NCBI GenBank assembly: GCA_964349465.1 | Contig: CAYGGC010000007.1 | Coordinates: forward strand, 1-58,669 | Length of the DNA stretch: 58,669 nt | Direction: 5' to 3' | From: an uncultured Gammaproteobacteria bacterium | Lineage (GTDB): Bacteria; Patescibacteriota; Patescibacteriia; SBBC01; CAIJZX01 | Shown: positions 1 through 9,368 of the stretch, one piece after another | Numbering within the stretch: the first letter of the stretch is position 1 | How the letters are laid out: each line of letters opens with the position of its first letter | Position numbers and translations under genes: made by a program | The notes under the pieces: model-generated | The model's database searches: none | What the model was told of the DNA's origin: nothing | The model's input: the letters and a program-made list of their open reading frames with translations, nothing else

Positions 1-2
1 GT

Positions 3-1028
3 TATCACTGGGATACAAACTTGCACGAAGTGAAAGCCTTATCATTTTGGATGGCGATGAAATGCGCGGTGGTCGGTATTCCGTACGGTGGTGGTAAAGG
101 CGGTGTGACGGTTGATCCTCGCGAATTATCTGAAGGCGAGCTTGAACGCTTGTCGCGTGGGTGGGTAAACGCCATGTACAAATATATTGGACCGTGGAAA
201 GATGTGCCAGCGCCGGATGTCTACACCAATCCGAAAATCATGGCCTGGATGGTCGATGAATATTCAAAGCTCTCTGGCGAATGGTCGCCGGCCGCGTTTA
301 CCGGAAAACCGATCGAGGTCGGTGGTTCGCAGGGTCGAATGTTTTCGACGAGCCAGGGTGGCTACTATGTCTTCGAAGCGCTCGCGAAGAAAATGAAATT
401 TATTCCGAAAAATACGGCGATCGCGATTCAGGGATTCGGGAATGTCGGCGCTTTCGCGGCGGAAATTTTTCACAAAGCCGGATACAAGATCGTCGCGGTC
501 TCAGACTCGAAAGGCGGGGTTATGAATATGAAGGGTTTGGACGTGCCGGCTGTTTGGAAGCATAAAGAAGCAACCGGTTCGGTCGCTGGGTTTGCCGGTA
601 CAACGCCGATTGATAATAAGAAAATTTTGGAGCTCGCCGTTGACGTCTTGATTCCGAGTGCGCTCGAAAACGTTATCACGGAAAGTAACGCCGGAAAGAT
701 TAAGGCGAAAGTTGTGCTCGAACTCGCGAATGGTCCGACGACACCCGAAGCGGACACAAAACTTTTCAAGCGGGGGATTCCCGTGGTGCCAGATATTCTC
801 GCGAACGCGGGCGGTGTGACCGGTTCCTATTTCGAATGGGTCCAGAACTTAAATGGCTACGCCTGGACCGAGCGCGACGTGCTGGAAAAACTCAAGCCGA
901 TTATGGTCGATTCCTTTGAAGCGGTTTGGGCGATGGCGACGAAACATAAAGTTAGCCTTCGAGTCGGCGCGTACATGGTTGCGGTCGATCGGATCGTGAA
1001 GGCCATGAAGTTGCGCGGGCGGTTGTAA
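3..1028 (+). CDS. gdhA: Glu/Leu/Phe/Val-family (glutamate) dehydrogenase, 5' end cut by window edge
   Basis: Frame is open from nt 3. Glycine-rich catalytic loop IPYGGGKGG, dinucleotide fold IQGFGNVG, C-terminal ANAGGV. Confidence 0.9.
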   Translation, partial: YHWDTNLHEVKALSFWMAMKCAVVGIPYGGGKGGVTVDPRELSEGELERLSRGWVNAMYKYIGPWKDVPAPDVYTNPKIMAWMVDEYSKLSGEWSPAAFTGKPIEVGGSQGRMFSTSQGGYYVFEALAKKMKFIPKNTAIAIQGFGNVGAFAAEIFHKAGYKIVAVSDSKGGVMNMKGLDVPAVWKHKEATGSVAGFAGTTPIDNKKILELAVDVLIPSALENVITESNAGKIKAKVVLELANGPTTPEADTKLFKRGIPVVPDILANAGGVTGSYFEWVQNLNGYAWTERDVLEKLKPIMVDSFEAVWAMATKHKVSLRVGAYMVAVDRIVKAMKLRGRL

Positions 1029-1031
1029 AAA

Positions 1032-1448
1032 GTGATGCCAGTCCCACAAGATTTTCTCGATTCCTCTTATCGCTACGCCCTCGTCGGCGCGTCAGCGAAC
1101 GAAGCGAAATACGGCAACATTGTCTTCAAGGATTTACGGTCAGCTGGTCTGACCGTGATTCCGGTTAATCCAAAATTAAAGGAACTTGATGGCGTGCCAG
1201 CGGCCGCGGCGGTCGAAGAAATAAAACCAGTACCAGATGTCGTTGTCGTGGTGGTGCCACCAAGCATCGGACTCGATATCCTCAGGCGTGCCGCGGCCGC
1301 CGGTATAAAAAAATTCTGGTTTCAACCCGGCGCTGAGTCGGACGAGATTCGTGAAGAAATTGAAAAGTTGGGAGTGACGGCGATGGCTGATGGTTCGTGC
1401 ATTATGGTAGCGCGGCGGAGTTTCGGAATAGAAAAAACCGCCGATTAA
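1032..1448 (+). CDS. CoA-binding domain protein (YccU-like)
   Basis: 138 aa. YALVGASANEAKYGN...IPVNPK pattern of the CoA_binding_2 fold. Starts 3 nt after the gdh stop. Confidence 0.75.
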   Translation: MMPVPQDFLDSSYRYALVGASANEAKYGNIVFKDLRSAGLTVIPVNPKLKELDGVPAAAAVEEIKPVPDVVVVVVPPSIGLDILRRAAAAGIKKFWFQPGAESDEIREEIEKLGVTAMADGSCIMVARRSFGIEKTAD

Positions 1449-1819
1449 CCGCGGCGGTCGGGGAGTTGAAGGTGCTTGATGAGGACGAGACTCAGATAGG
1501 GCTCGTTACGAGCACAGCAGTCGCTGATGAGCGCGCAATGCGTGGCCGTATGATGGAAGATGGCGAAATACTGCCGACCATCAAATTCGATGACTTGACC
1601 ACTACGCTCTTGTCCGTGAAAACGGTTTGCAAGTTGCTCAAGTACCCTCGTCGGAACTTCGCGGTGACCCCAGGTCACGGCGACCGGTACGTTATGCTGC
1701 CGCAGGGCTAGACCCCACAAGTCGCTGGCTTGGTCATCGCTGTATGGCAGGTGCCGTTTCTTGGCGATGGCCAGGGCGCTTACACTGAGCGCGGCGGTGC
1801 ACATCGGGCGTCTCGGCAT
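1445..1819 (-). CDS. hypothetical protein (124 aa, hydrophobic N-terminus)
   Basis: ATG at 1819 is preceded by GGAGGG (1823-1828). It fills an otherwise 500-nt gap. Its stop overlaps the convergent CoA-binding gene stop (TTAA). No family recognised. Confidence 0.4.
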   Translation of the reverse strand: MPRRPMCTAALSVSALAIAKKRHLPYSDDQASDLWGLALRQHNVPVAVTWGHREVPTRVLEQLANRFHGQERSGQVIEFDGRQYFAIFHHTATHCALISDCCARNEPYLSLVLIKHLQLPDRRG

Positions 1820-1945
1820 TGTCCCTCCGTGATGGATTGGTGAACGAATGTGCGCGGAGACTATTGTTCTACGTGGAACAATGACAGATGTCAATGTTGT
1901 ACGGTGTTCGTTGGCACAAACGCGCCCCCAATGTACACTATATAT

Positions 1946-2566
1946 ATGAGTATCACGAAACCGACCCAGGCTGAAGAGCGGGCCCTGTGGGCACTTGGCC
2001 ATCAATACGTAGCCGGTGTGGATGAGGTTGGACGAGGATCCTGGGCTGGGCCGATTGTCGCCGGGGCGGTGATCTTGCCGCCTGATTTTGATCCCAAAGT
2101 CGTGCGCGATTCAAAAACCCTTTCACCAAAACAGCGCGAAAAGATGTTTGTCTATATTACCCGTGGAGCCGTGGCTTGGGCGGCCGGCGTAGTATCCGCT
2201 GAAGAAATAGACCGTGAGGGCATCTCGGCCGCCAATACAAAAGCGATGATCCTCGCCTTAGAACGTTTACCGATTACCCCGGATGCTGTGCTGGTCGATG
2301 CGGTTCGGTTACGGTTTAGGGAGAAACCGGTCAAAGCGGTCATTCGCGGTGACGCGACAATTTTAGCGATCGCGGCCGGGTCGATTGTCGCGAAAGTTGT
2401 CCGTGATACCTTGATGCAAGGCGAACACCGATTATATCCGGCGTACGGTCTGGCTGGGCATAAAGGTTACGGAACAAAAGACCACGAGGCCGCGCTGCGA
2501 ACGCATGGACTCACCCCAATTCATCGGCGGAGTTTCCAACCGATGAAAAGCCTGGTGAACAGATAA
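1946..2566 (+). CDS. rnhB: ribonuclease HII
   Basis: VAGVDEVGRGSWAGPIV (DEVGRG) active-site motif and SKTLSPKQRE. ATG 1946 or 1931 is preferred over the long upstream extension. Confidence 0.9.
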   Translation: MSITKPTQAEERALWALGHQYVAGVDEVGRGSWAGPIVAGAVILPPDFDPKVVRDSKTLSPKQREKMFVYITRGAVAWAAGVVSAEEIDREGISAANTKAMILALERLPITPDAVLVDAVRLRFREKPVKAVIRGDATILAIAAGSIVAKVVRDTLMQGEHRLYPAYGLAGHKGYGTKDHEAALRTHGLTPIHRRSFQPMKSLVNR

Positions 2567-2585
2567 TAATCAATAACCGGTCACT

Positions 2586-4202
2586 CTATTCGGTTCGGGT
2601 GAAGATAAATATTGTGACCAGTGGATCGGTTGTTAGTGTCCAAGGGAGGCCGCGCCACGAGTTTCCATAGTACCCGTTTTTCGGTGATGGTTGCATCGCG
2701 CGGAGGAAGGTAACGGCTGATCCAGGGGGCGAGTAGCGTTTTTGTTCTTCAAACCCCATTTTTCCTAAAGCGTTCCATGTAATGCCAAGCGAGATTTCTG
2801 GAATCGCGATCGGCTCGCCGATGTGCGCACCTGTCATTGTTATTTCTAACGGATGAAAACCTTCACCCTCGGCGTACCATTGCCATCCCCAATGCCCAAG
2901 ATACCAAACCTTTGTTGCCGGGTAGTCTTTCGAAATTTGTTGCGCCGTTGTCTGAAAACTTTTTGCCCAGACCCAGTCGGAAAGAGCTAGCCAACTACCC
3001 AGAAGAACAGTGAGACCAGTGGCGGTTATTAGGCCACGGCGCGAGATTCGGGTGGTCAGAAAAAAAAGCAGGGTAATGAACGGTACTGACAACATGACGT
3101 GTCGCACGGCCATGAACGGTGAAAGTGCGATCGTAAAAACGGCGACACCAACCGACCATAACCCGAGCGGGTAGAGCGCCACGCGTGAGTGTGAGTCTTG
3201 ATGGCGCCAGCTGCGGACAGCAAACACAATCGCTAAAGTTCCAGTACTGAAAAAAATCGCTCGCAGGACAACGTTCATCAGTGTCGTGTCGATAACCATG
3301 GCATGGAGGCCACTGATGAATATCCCGGTCACGATCGCGCCTAGCAGGCTATTGTGCCGTTGGCCGCTGGTCAGAAATGACGGTCGCCACCACCACACAA
3401 ACGGTACACTTGCCCCAAGCGCAGTCATCCAATCATCGAGGCGTAGGATCATCAACCAGAGCGTTCGTCGGTCAGCTGGACGATCAAGCCAGTGCACGTG
3501 GCCGTATTGTGAGTACGTCCAGACCGACCAAGCGAGTAACACGGTTCCGGCGATGGCGATGCCCACCCAAATTTTTCGGTCTTTCGTTCGGATAAGCTCC
3601 CAACAAAAAACCGGTATTAGGATTAAGGCCGTGTACTTCATCAAGAGTGCGCCGCTTGCGAGTATTCCAGCGAGTACTACATGTCGCCAGGAGCGCTGTC
3701 CCCGCGACGGTGCCAGCAGGAGCACCGACCAAAGAGATAAAGCCAGAAGAGGAATATCGGTCATGAGATTTATTCCGGGATAGAACGCCGGACCAAAAAT
3801 TGTCATCAGGCCAATCGGAATCATCATCCCTGGAATACTACGACGCGCAAATTCAACGGAGGCCAACACCGCCGCGAGATGAAAGAGAGCGGTGATGACA
3901 TGAAGTGCGACCGTCGACTGACCGCCGAGCGATACAACGAGAGCGAGGAGCCACATGAAGCCGTGCGGTTGATTCACGAAGGCCACATTCTGCCATAGCC
4001 CAGCCAGGAATATTTTGGACTGCATGATCGAGGCGGGGTGCTGGATGATAACCTTGGCAACATCAAGATAGGCCGTATCATCCATTGTGATCGGCTTGGT
4101 GAGTGTGAGCGGAGTGGAGATGAGCCACAGCAATACCACAACCAAGATTGGTCGGGACAGTAGAGCAAGAAGCCAGCGTGGGCGAGATGGAGAGAATTGC
4201 AT
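2586..4202 (-). CDS. polytopic membrane glycosyltransferase, GT-C (ArnT/PMT, GT39/83-like)
   Basis: Many hydrophobic segments. First-loop motif MDDTAYLDVA is typical of GT-C enzymes. ATG 4202 is preferred because GTG 4298 would overlap the divergent gene. Confidence 0.6.
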   Translation of the reverse strand: MQFSPSRPRWLLALLSRPILVVVLLWLISTPLTLTKPITMDDTAYLDVAKVIIQHPASIMQSKIFLAGLWQNVAFVNQPHGFMWLLALVVSLGGQSTVALHVITALFHLAAVLASVEFARRSIPGMMIPIGLMTIFGPAFYPGINLMTDIPLLALSLWSVLLLAPSRGQRSWRHVVLAGILASGALLMKYTALILIPVFCWELIRTKDRKIWVGIAIAGTVLLAWSVWTYSQYGHVHWLDRPADRRTLWLMILRLDDWMTALGASVPFVWWWRPSFLTSGQRHNSLLGAIVTGIFISGLHAMVIDTTLMNVVLRAIFFSTGTLAIVFAVRSWRHQDSHSRVALYPLGLWSVGVAVFTIALSPFMAVRHVMLSVPFITLLFFLTTRISRRGLITATGLTVLLGSWLALSDWVWAKSFQTTAQQISKDYPATKVWYLGHWGWQWYAEGEGFHPLEITMTGAHIGEPIAIPEISLGITWNALGKMGFEEQKRYSPPGSAVTFLRAMQPSPKNGYYGNSWRGLPWTLTTDPLVTIFIFTRTE

Positions 4203-4281
4203 CAAGGGCAGATGTTTAGCGCGTGAAGGAAGTCTAGCATGTCGCCAAAGAAGAAGAAATTTGCTAGGCTGAAGGTACTCT

Positions 4282-4833
4282 ATGGATACGCCCGTCACAC
4301 TTCTTCAGGCGGCGCCACTGGTACAAAAACTCGGCGTCACGGCCGGTCAAACCATTGGCGATTTTGGCGCTGGCGGATCCGGTCATATCGCGGTTGAACT
4401 TGGTCGGGCGGTTGGCGCCGAAGGGAACGTGCTCTTGTTCGATGTCCAGAAGTCGGCGCTTTCGGCCGCGATGAGTGCGCTACAGACGCATGGTGTTACT
4501 AACGTGCAGACGGTTTGGACTGATCTTGAGGTGTATCGCGGCGCTAGTGGCGTTGGTGAAGCGACGCTTGATGCTGGGATTCTCGTAAACGTACTCCACC
4601 AAAGCAAACAACCGAAAGCCATTTTGGCCGAAGTTGGACGGATGGTCAAATCAGGCGCGCGTTTGCTCGTGGTAGATTGGTTGACCGAAGCCGCGACGCC
4701 GCTTGCCCCGCCACCGGCGATGCGACTTGGCGCGGAACATGTCAGTCAAATTGCCCAAGCTGTTGGCTTTGCGCAGCTTGAGATTTTTTCGGCCGGACCG
4801 TATTACTGGGGGCTGGTCCTGATTAAAACGTAA
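4282..4833 (+). CDS. class I SAM-dependent methyltransferase
   Basis: Motif I DFGAGGSG followed by LLFDV. 183 aa. Confidence 0.75.
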   Translation: MDTPVTLLQAAPLVQKLGVTAGQTIGDFGAGGSGHIAVELGRAVGAEGNVLLFDVQKSALSAAMSALQTHGVTNVQTVWTDLEVYRGASGVGEATLDAGILVNVLHQSKQPKAILAEVGRMVKSGARLLVVDWLTEAATPLAPPPAMRLGAEHVSQIAQAVGFAQLEIFSAGPYYWGLVLIKT

Positions 4834-5184
4834 ATGCCGTCGCCCCGACAACGCCGGGGAACCGAAGCCGAAGATCGAGCGGCTGATTTTTTGATTCAGA
4901 AAGGGATGCGGTTGATTGATCGTCATGTGAGTTCGCGGTACGGAGAAATTGACCTACTCATGCAAGACGGTGAAACAATCGTGGCGGTTGAAGTAAAAGC
5001 CCGCCGTTCAAACGTCGTTGGAACCGCGCTCGAAGCTGTGACGCCAACCAAGTATGAAAAAATTGCGCAGACACTATATATACTGTGTGACGACGGTAAT
5101 TTGAGTGCTGAGAATGTTCGAATTGATTTGGTAACAGTTGAACCGAGTGGCCTACAATATTATCGTGGGATTAGTCCAGACTAG
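4834..5184 (+). CDS. yraN: YraN-family (UPF0102) endonuclease
   Basis: GTEAEDRAADFL...YGEIDLL...VAVEVKAR, a PD-(D/E)xK pattern. The ATG directly abuts the upstream TAA. Confidence 0.8.
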   Translation: MPSPRQRRGTEAEDRAADFLIQKGMRLIDRHVSSRYGEIDLLMQDGETIVAVEVKARRSNVVGTALEAVTPTKYEKIAQTLYILCDDGNLSAENVRIDLVTVEPSGLQYYRGISPD

Positions 5185-5430
5185 TCGTTAGCACATACAA
5201 GGTGTTTGTCGATGGCGTCGGAATTATGTCAAAGTTATTTTACAGTATTTCGTTCGTCTGAAATTTCTTTGTGTTCGACGCTAGGCGGGTGAATTCAAAA
5301 AGAAAATACCTATCTCTCGTACATACAACATGTATTTGATGCAAGCTCTTGACCCTGGTCAAGAGAAGGAGTAGGACTACTCTAATAGTTCATGTGAGCG
5401 CACTTTCCAACTACCCTGAGAGGAGGAGCC

Positions 5431-5643
5431 ATGATAGCGCTACAGATGACGGCCATCAGCCTGATCCAGACAATCCTGGTGGTCGCCATGTACTGGGCCT
5501 TCGTCGTCGTCGTACTTGGCATGTTTGCCCATTGCTACGGCACAGGATTGCCATCGCGGGCGAAAACGCTCGTCCTCTACCACGTTGTTCTGTTTCTTGT
5601 AGGAGCCGCGTTGCTGTGGGTGATCGGCTCTCTCGTCGGGTAG
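5431..5643 (+). CDS. small hydrophobic membrane protein (70 aa)
   Basis: GAGGAGGAG Shine-Dalgarno just upstream of the ATG. Two hydrophobic helices. Confidence 0.5.
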   Translation: MIALQMTAISLIQTILVVAMYWAFVVVVLGMFAHCYGTGLPSRAKTLVLYHVVLFLVGAALLWVIGSLVG

Positions 5644-5692
5644 GTACCGACGTCTTGACGGAGGAAGAGGCGAAAGAAAACTAGGTTATTAG

Positions 5693-5717
5693 CCTTACTA
5701 TCCCGGTAAGGTTTTTT
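5693..5717 (+). terminator. intrinsic terminator
   Basis: CCTTAC-7 nt-GTAAGG hairpin followed by T6. Confidence 0.6.
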
Positions 5718-5719
5718 CT

Positions 5720-5748
5720 TTGACAAAAAAACTACCCTATGCTAGTAT
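5720..5748 (+). promoter_or_regulatory. sigma70-type promoter upstream of nusA
   Basis: TTGACA-17 nt-TAGTAT. Confidence 0.55.
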
Positions 5749-5808
5749 CTGGCTATACCTAGTTCTACCCTGAACTAGTGAATTGTCTTGGAACTAACGT
5801 CTACGCCC

Positions 5809-7179
5809 ATGGCGGATTCCGCCCTCAAACAAGCGATCGAAGAGATTTGTCAGGAAAAGAATATTCCGTACCAATCGGTGATTGAAACAATCGAGGCGGC
5901 CTTAGCCGTTGCGTATCGGAAAGATTTTGGCGAAAAAAACCAGAATATTATTGCCACGTTCGATCCGGAAACCGGTGAGAGCCGGGTGTTTGACCTGAAA
6001 ATTGTCGTCGAGGATAAGCTGGCGAAGGAATATGAAGCCGAGCAAGCCAAGCGCGAAGCGGCCGAAGCTGATGGAACACTTGAAGGGTATCTTGAAGCGA
6101 AGCGTCAGGAAGAAGATGAGCGCCGCATGAAGGCCTTGGCGGACGCCGGCGTGACGCCCGAGCAGTTAGTGTCAGGTCAGGTCCCGACCATCGAAGTTAA
6201 AGATGATCGCTTTGACCCGAAAAAGCATATTGGCTTGGCCGAAGCGAAAAAACTCGGTGATTTTGACTTGGGCGCCGAAATTCGGACGGAACTCTTTCCG
6301 CCGGCGGCCTATGGACGCATGGCTGCGCAAACCGCGAAGCAAGTCATTATCCAGCGGATCCGCGAGGCGGAACGCGACATTGTCTATAAGGAGTATAAAG
6401 GCCGTGAAGGCGAAGTCATTACGGCGATGGTCCAGCGCGTTGAAGGCCGGATGGTCTTTATCGATCTTGGACATACCACGGCGATTATGCCACCGCCAGA
6501 ACAGGTTGAACGCGAACACTATCGTCTCGGCGATCGGATTAAAATTTATCTTGTGGCCGTCAACATGACCCCGAAGGGTCCGGAAATTGTGGTTTCACGC
6601 GCTCATCCGGAAATGGTGCGAAAACTCTTTACGCTTGAAGTGCCGGAGTTGCAAAGCGGCGCGGTGGAAATCAAAGGTATTTCCCGTGAAGCTGGCCTGC
6701 GGACAAAGATTGCGGTTTACTCCGAACAGAAGAATATCGATCCGGTCGGTTCACTCGTCGGTCAGCGTGGGACGCGTGTCCAAACGGTTATTTCCGAACT
6801 CGGCGGCGAAAAGATTGATATTATCGAGTGGAGCGACGATCCGGTGAAATACATCACCAACGCGCTGTCACCAGCCAAAGTCATTTCCATCAAACTCGAT
6901 CACGATACGCACGCGGCGGTCGCGGAAGTCAAAGAAGACCAGTTGTCGCTCGCGATCGGGAAGTCCGGTCAGAACGTTCGCTTAGCTGCGAAGTTGACCG
7001 GTTGGAAAATTGATTTGATTGGGGACGCGACGCCGGAAGCGCCGGCCGCAACCGAAGAAACGGCTACTACGACGGATGAGGTTCCGGCTGAAACACCGGT
7101 TACAGATGAGCCGGCCGAACCAGTCGCCGTCGCCGCCGAACAACCGTCGGAATCAACCGACGCTGAAACTACGTCTTAA
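5809..7179 (+). CDS. nusA: transcription termination/antitermination factor NusA with acidic low-complexity tail
   Basis: NusA N-domain, S1 (GEVITAMVQRVEG) and two KH modules (GQRGTRVQ, IGKSGQNVRLA). ATG 5809; alternative TTG 5788. Confidence 0.9.
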   Translation: MADSALKQAIEEICQEKNIPYQSVIETIEAALAVAYRKDFGEKNQNIIATFDPETGESRVFDLKIVVEDKLAKEYEAEQAKREAAEADGTLEGYLEAKRQEEDERRMKALADAGVTPEQLVSGQVPTIEVKDDRFDPKKHIGLAEAKKLGDFDLGAEIRTELFPPAAYGRMAAQTAKQVIIQRIREAERDIVYKEYKGREGEVITAMVQRVEGRMVFIDLGHTTAIMPPPEQVEREHYRLGDRIKIYLVAVNMTPKGPEIVVSRAHPEMVRKLFTLEVPELQSGAVEIKGISREAGLRTKIAVYSEQKNIDPVGSLVGQRGTRVQTVISELGGEKIDIIEWSDDPVKYITNALSPAKVISIKLDHDTHAAVAEVKEDQLSLAIGKSGQNVRLAAKLTGWKIDLIGDATPEAPAATEETATTTDEVPAETPVTDEPAEPVAVAAEQPSESTDAETTS

Positions 7180-7206
7180 TAAATCTTATTGGTAACTGAA
7201 GTTGAT

Positions 7207-9276
7207 ATGAACTTCGTGTACTTCACGCTCGCAGTCAGTGGACTTGGTCTCGTCGTGACCTGGTTACTGGCGCGACACGTCAACCGTCAAGAAGACGGAA
7301 CGCCAGAAATGATGAAAGTCGCCGACGCGATTCGCGCCGGTGCGAACGCCTTTTTAAAACGACAGTACACCACGATCGGTGCGATCGCGGTTGGTGTGGC
7401 AATTCTCATTGCTGCAATTTATATGTTTACTGGGGATAGCACGAAAGGCTGGCAAACCAGCATCTCCTTCATCATCGGCGCGATCGCCTCGGGCTTCGCG
7501 GGATATATGGGGATGTACGTTTCGGTTCGGGCGAACTCTCGTGTCGCGGCCGCCGCTGCACGACAAAGCATTAACAAAGCGATGACCGTTGCGCTGCGTG
7601 GTGGTGCGGTTGAAGGGATGCTCGTTTCCTCTCTCTCACTACTGGGCATCTCCGCCTTGTTCTTCGTTTTTCAAACCTGGCTGAACTATGATGTTCGGGA
7701 AATCCCGGGCGCGATCATTGGTTTCGGTTTTGGTGCCTCGCTCGTGGCTCTTTTTGCCCAGCTCGGTGGTGGGATTTATACCAAGGCCGCTGACGTTGGC
7801 GCTGACCTGGTTGGAAAAGTTGAAGCTGGAATTCCGGAAGATGACGCACGTAACCCAGCCGTTATTGCCGACCTCGTCGGTGACAACGTTGGTGACTGTG
7901 CTGGACGTGGTGCGGATATTTTTGAATCAACCGCCGCAGAAAATATCGGCGCGATGATCCTCGGTGTTGCCTTGTATCCAGTGTTCGGCGTTGAAGGTAT
8001 TTTGTTCCCACTGGTTATTCAAGCCTTCGGGATGATTGTCTCAGCGGTCAGCGTCTTCTTTGTCAAAACCAAAGAAAATGAAGATCCAATGAACGCGCTG
8101 AACCGCGGGTTCTATATGACGACGGTCTTGGGTGCGATCGCTTTCTACTTTGTCACCCAAGCAATGCTTGGTGAACAGTATCTCTGGTTCTTCGGAGCGG
8201 GGATGATCGGGATGGTAATGAGCATTGTCTTCTTACTCCTGACTCAGTATTACACCGATCACAAATTCCGCCCGGTCAAAGAAATTGCTCGCGCCTCGGA
8301 AGCTTCTCCGGCGACGAACATCATCGCTGGTCTCGCGGTTGGTTTTGAAAACGTGGCCTTGCCAGTTGTAGCGATTGGCGCGGCGCTCTGGGGTTCGTAC
8401 ACCTTAGGCGTCAATTCCGGACTCGAACATGGTGGTCTCTATGGTACCGCCGTTGCGACCATCGGAATGCTCATGAGCGCGATGTACATTTTAGCGATGG
8501 ACACCTTTGGTCCGATCACGGATAACGCAGGTGGTATCGTGGAAATGTCGGATGGCTCGGAATCAACCCGCGCGATTACAGATAAACTCGACTCGGTCGG
8601 GAATACGACGAAAGCGTTGACGAAGGGCTACGCTGTCGGTTCGGCCGCGCTCGCCGCGTTCCTCCTGTTCTCAGCGTATCTTGAAGAAGCCCATCTCACC
8701 TCGGTTAACTTGGCTGATATTAAAGTCTTCGTCGGTGCCTTTATGGGCGGGATGTTGGTCTTCCTCTTCTCAGCCTTGGCTATGCGCGCAGTCGGAAAAA
8801 CTGCTGGTAGCGTTGTCGATGAAGTTCGCCGTCAGTTTAAGGAAAAGCCAGGCATTATGCTCGGAACCGAATTGCCGGACTACGGTCGCGCGGTTGATAT
8901 TACGACCCGTGGTGCGTTGAAGGCGATGGTTTTGCCGGGCGTCCTCGCGATTGCCTTGCCAATTTCCGTCGGCTTGATTCTGAAAGCGGAAGCAGCGGCC
9001 GGGATGTTAATGGTCGGTACGATTACTGGCGTGTTGATGGCCTTGGTCATGAACAACGCCGGTGGGGCCTGGGATAATGCCAAGAAATTCATCGAGTCCG
9101 GTGAATTCAAAGATTCGAATGGTGTTGTTCAAGGCAAAAAGACGCCGGTCCACGCGGCGGCGGTCGTTGGTGATACTGTTGGCGATCCGTTCAAGGATAC
9201 CGCCGGTCCGTCACTCCACGTCTTGATTAAACTCCTCTCGACCTTGATGTTGGTCTTAGCGGCATTGTTCGTCTAG
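7207..9276 (+). CDS. hppA: membrane-bound proton/sodium-translocating pyrophosphatase
   Basis: Canonical motifs GGGIYTKAADVGADLVGK, DNVGDCAGRGADIFES and DTVGDPFKDTAGPS. ATG 7207; alternative TTG 7189. Confidence 0.95.
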   Translation: MNFVYFTLAVSGLGLVVTWLLARHVNRQEDGTPEMMKVADAIRAGANAFLKRQYTTIGAIAVGVAILIAAIYMFTGDSTKGWQTSISFIIGAIASGFAGYMGMYVSVRANSRVAAAAARQSINKAMTVALRGGAVEGMLVSSLSLLGISALFFVFQTWLNYDVREIPGAIIGFGFGASLVALFAQLGGGIYTKAADVGADLVGKVEAGIPEDDARNPAVIADLVGDNVGDCAGRGADIFESTAAENIGAMILGVALYPVFGVEGILFPLVIQAFGMIVSAVSVFFVKTKENEDPMNALNRGFYMTTVLGAIAFYFVTQAMLGEQYLWFFGAGMIGMVMSIVFLLLTQYYTDHKFRPVKEIARASEASPATNIIAGLAVGFENVALPVVAIGAALWGSYTLGVNSGLEHGGLYGTAVATIGMLMSAMYILAMDTFGPITDNAGGIVEMSDGSESTRAITDKLDSVGNTTKALTKGYAVGSAALAAFLLFSAYLEEAHLTSVNLADIKVFVGAFMGGMLVFLFSALAMRAVGKTAGSVVDEVRRQFKEKPGIMLGTELPDYGRAVDITTRGALKAMVLPGVLAIALPISVGLILKAEAAAGMLMVGTITGVLMALVMNNAGGAWDNAKKFIESGEFKDSNGVVQGKKTPVHAAAVVGDTVGDPFKDTAGPSLHVLIKLLSTLMLVLAALFV

Positions 9277-9292
9277 GTCTATTGAATAAAAG

Positions 9293-9318
9293 GCCCCGCG
9301 TAGAGCGGGGTCTTTTTA
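9293..9318 (+). terminator. intrinsic terminator
   Basis: CCCCGC-GTAGA-GCGGGG hairpin followed by TCTTTTT. Confidence 0.7.
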
Positions 9319-9368
9319 TATCATCTACCCCAAGCGAATTCTAGCTTTTTGCGCTATACTAGAGGCCT

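Noticed and set aside
1397-1711. Plus-strand ORF in the 1449-1945 gap as an alternative to the minus-strand 1445-1819 CDS.
   Set aside because: It has no Shine-Dalgarno and begins inside the CoA-binding gene. The minus-strand ORF has GGAGGG before its ATG. Neither is strongly supported.
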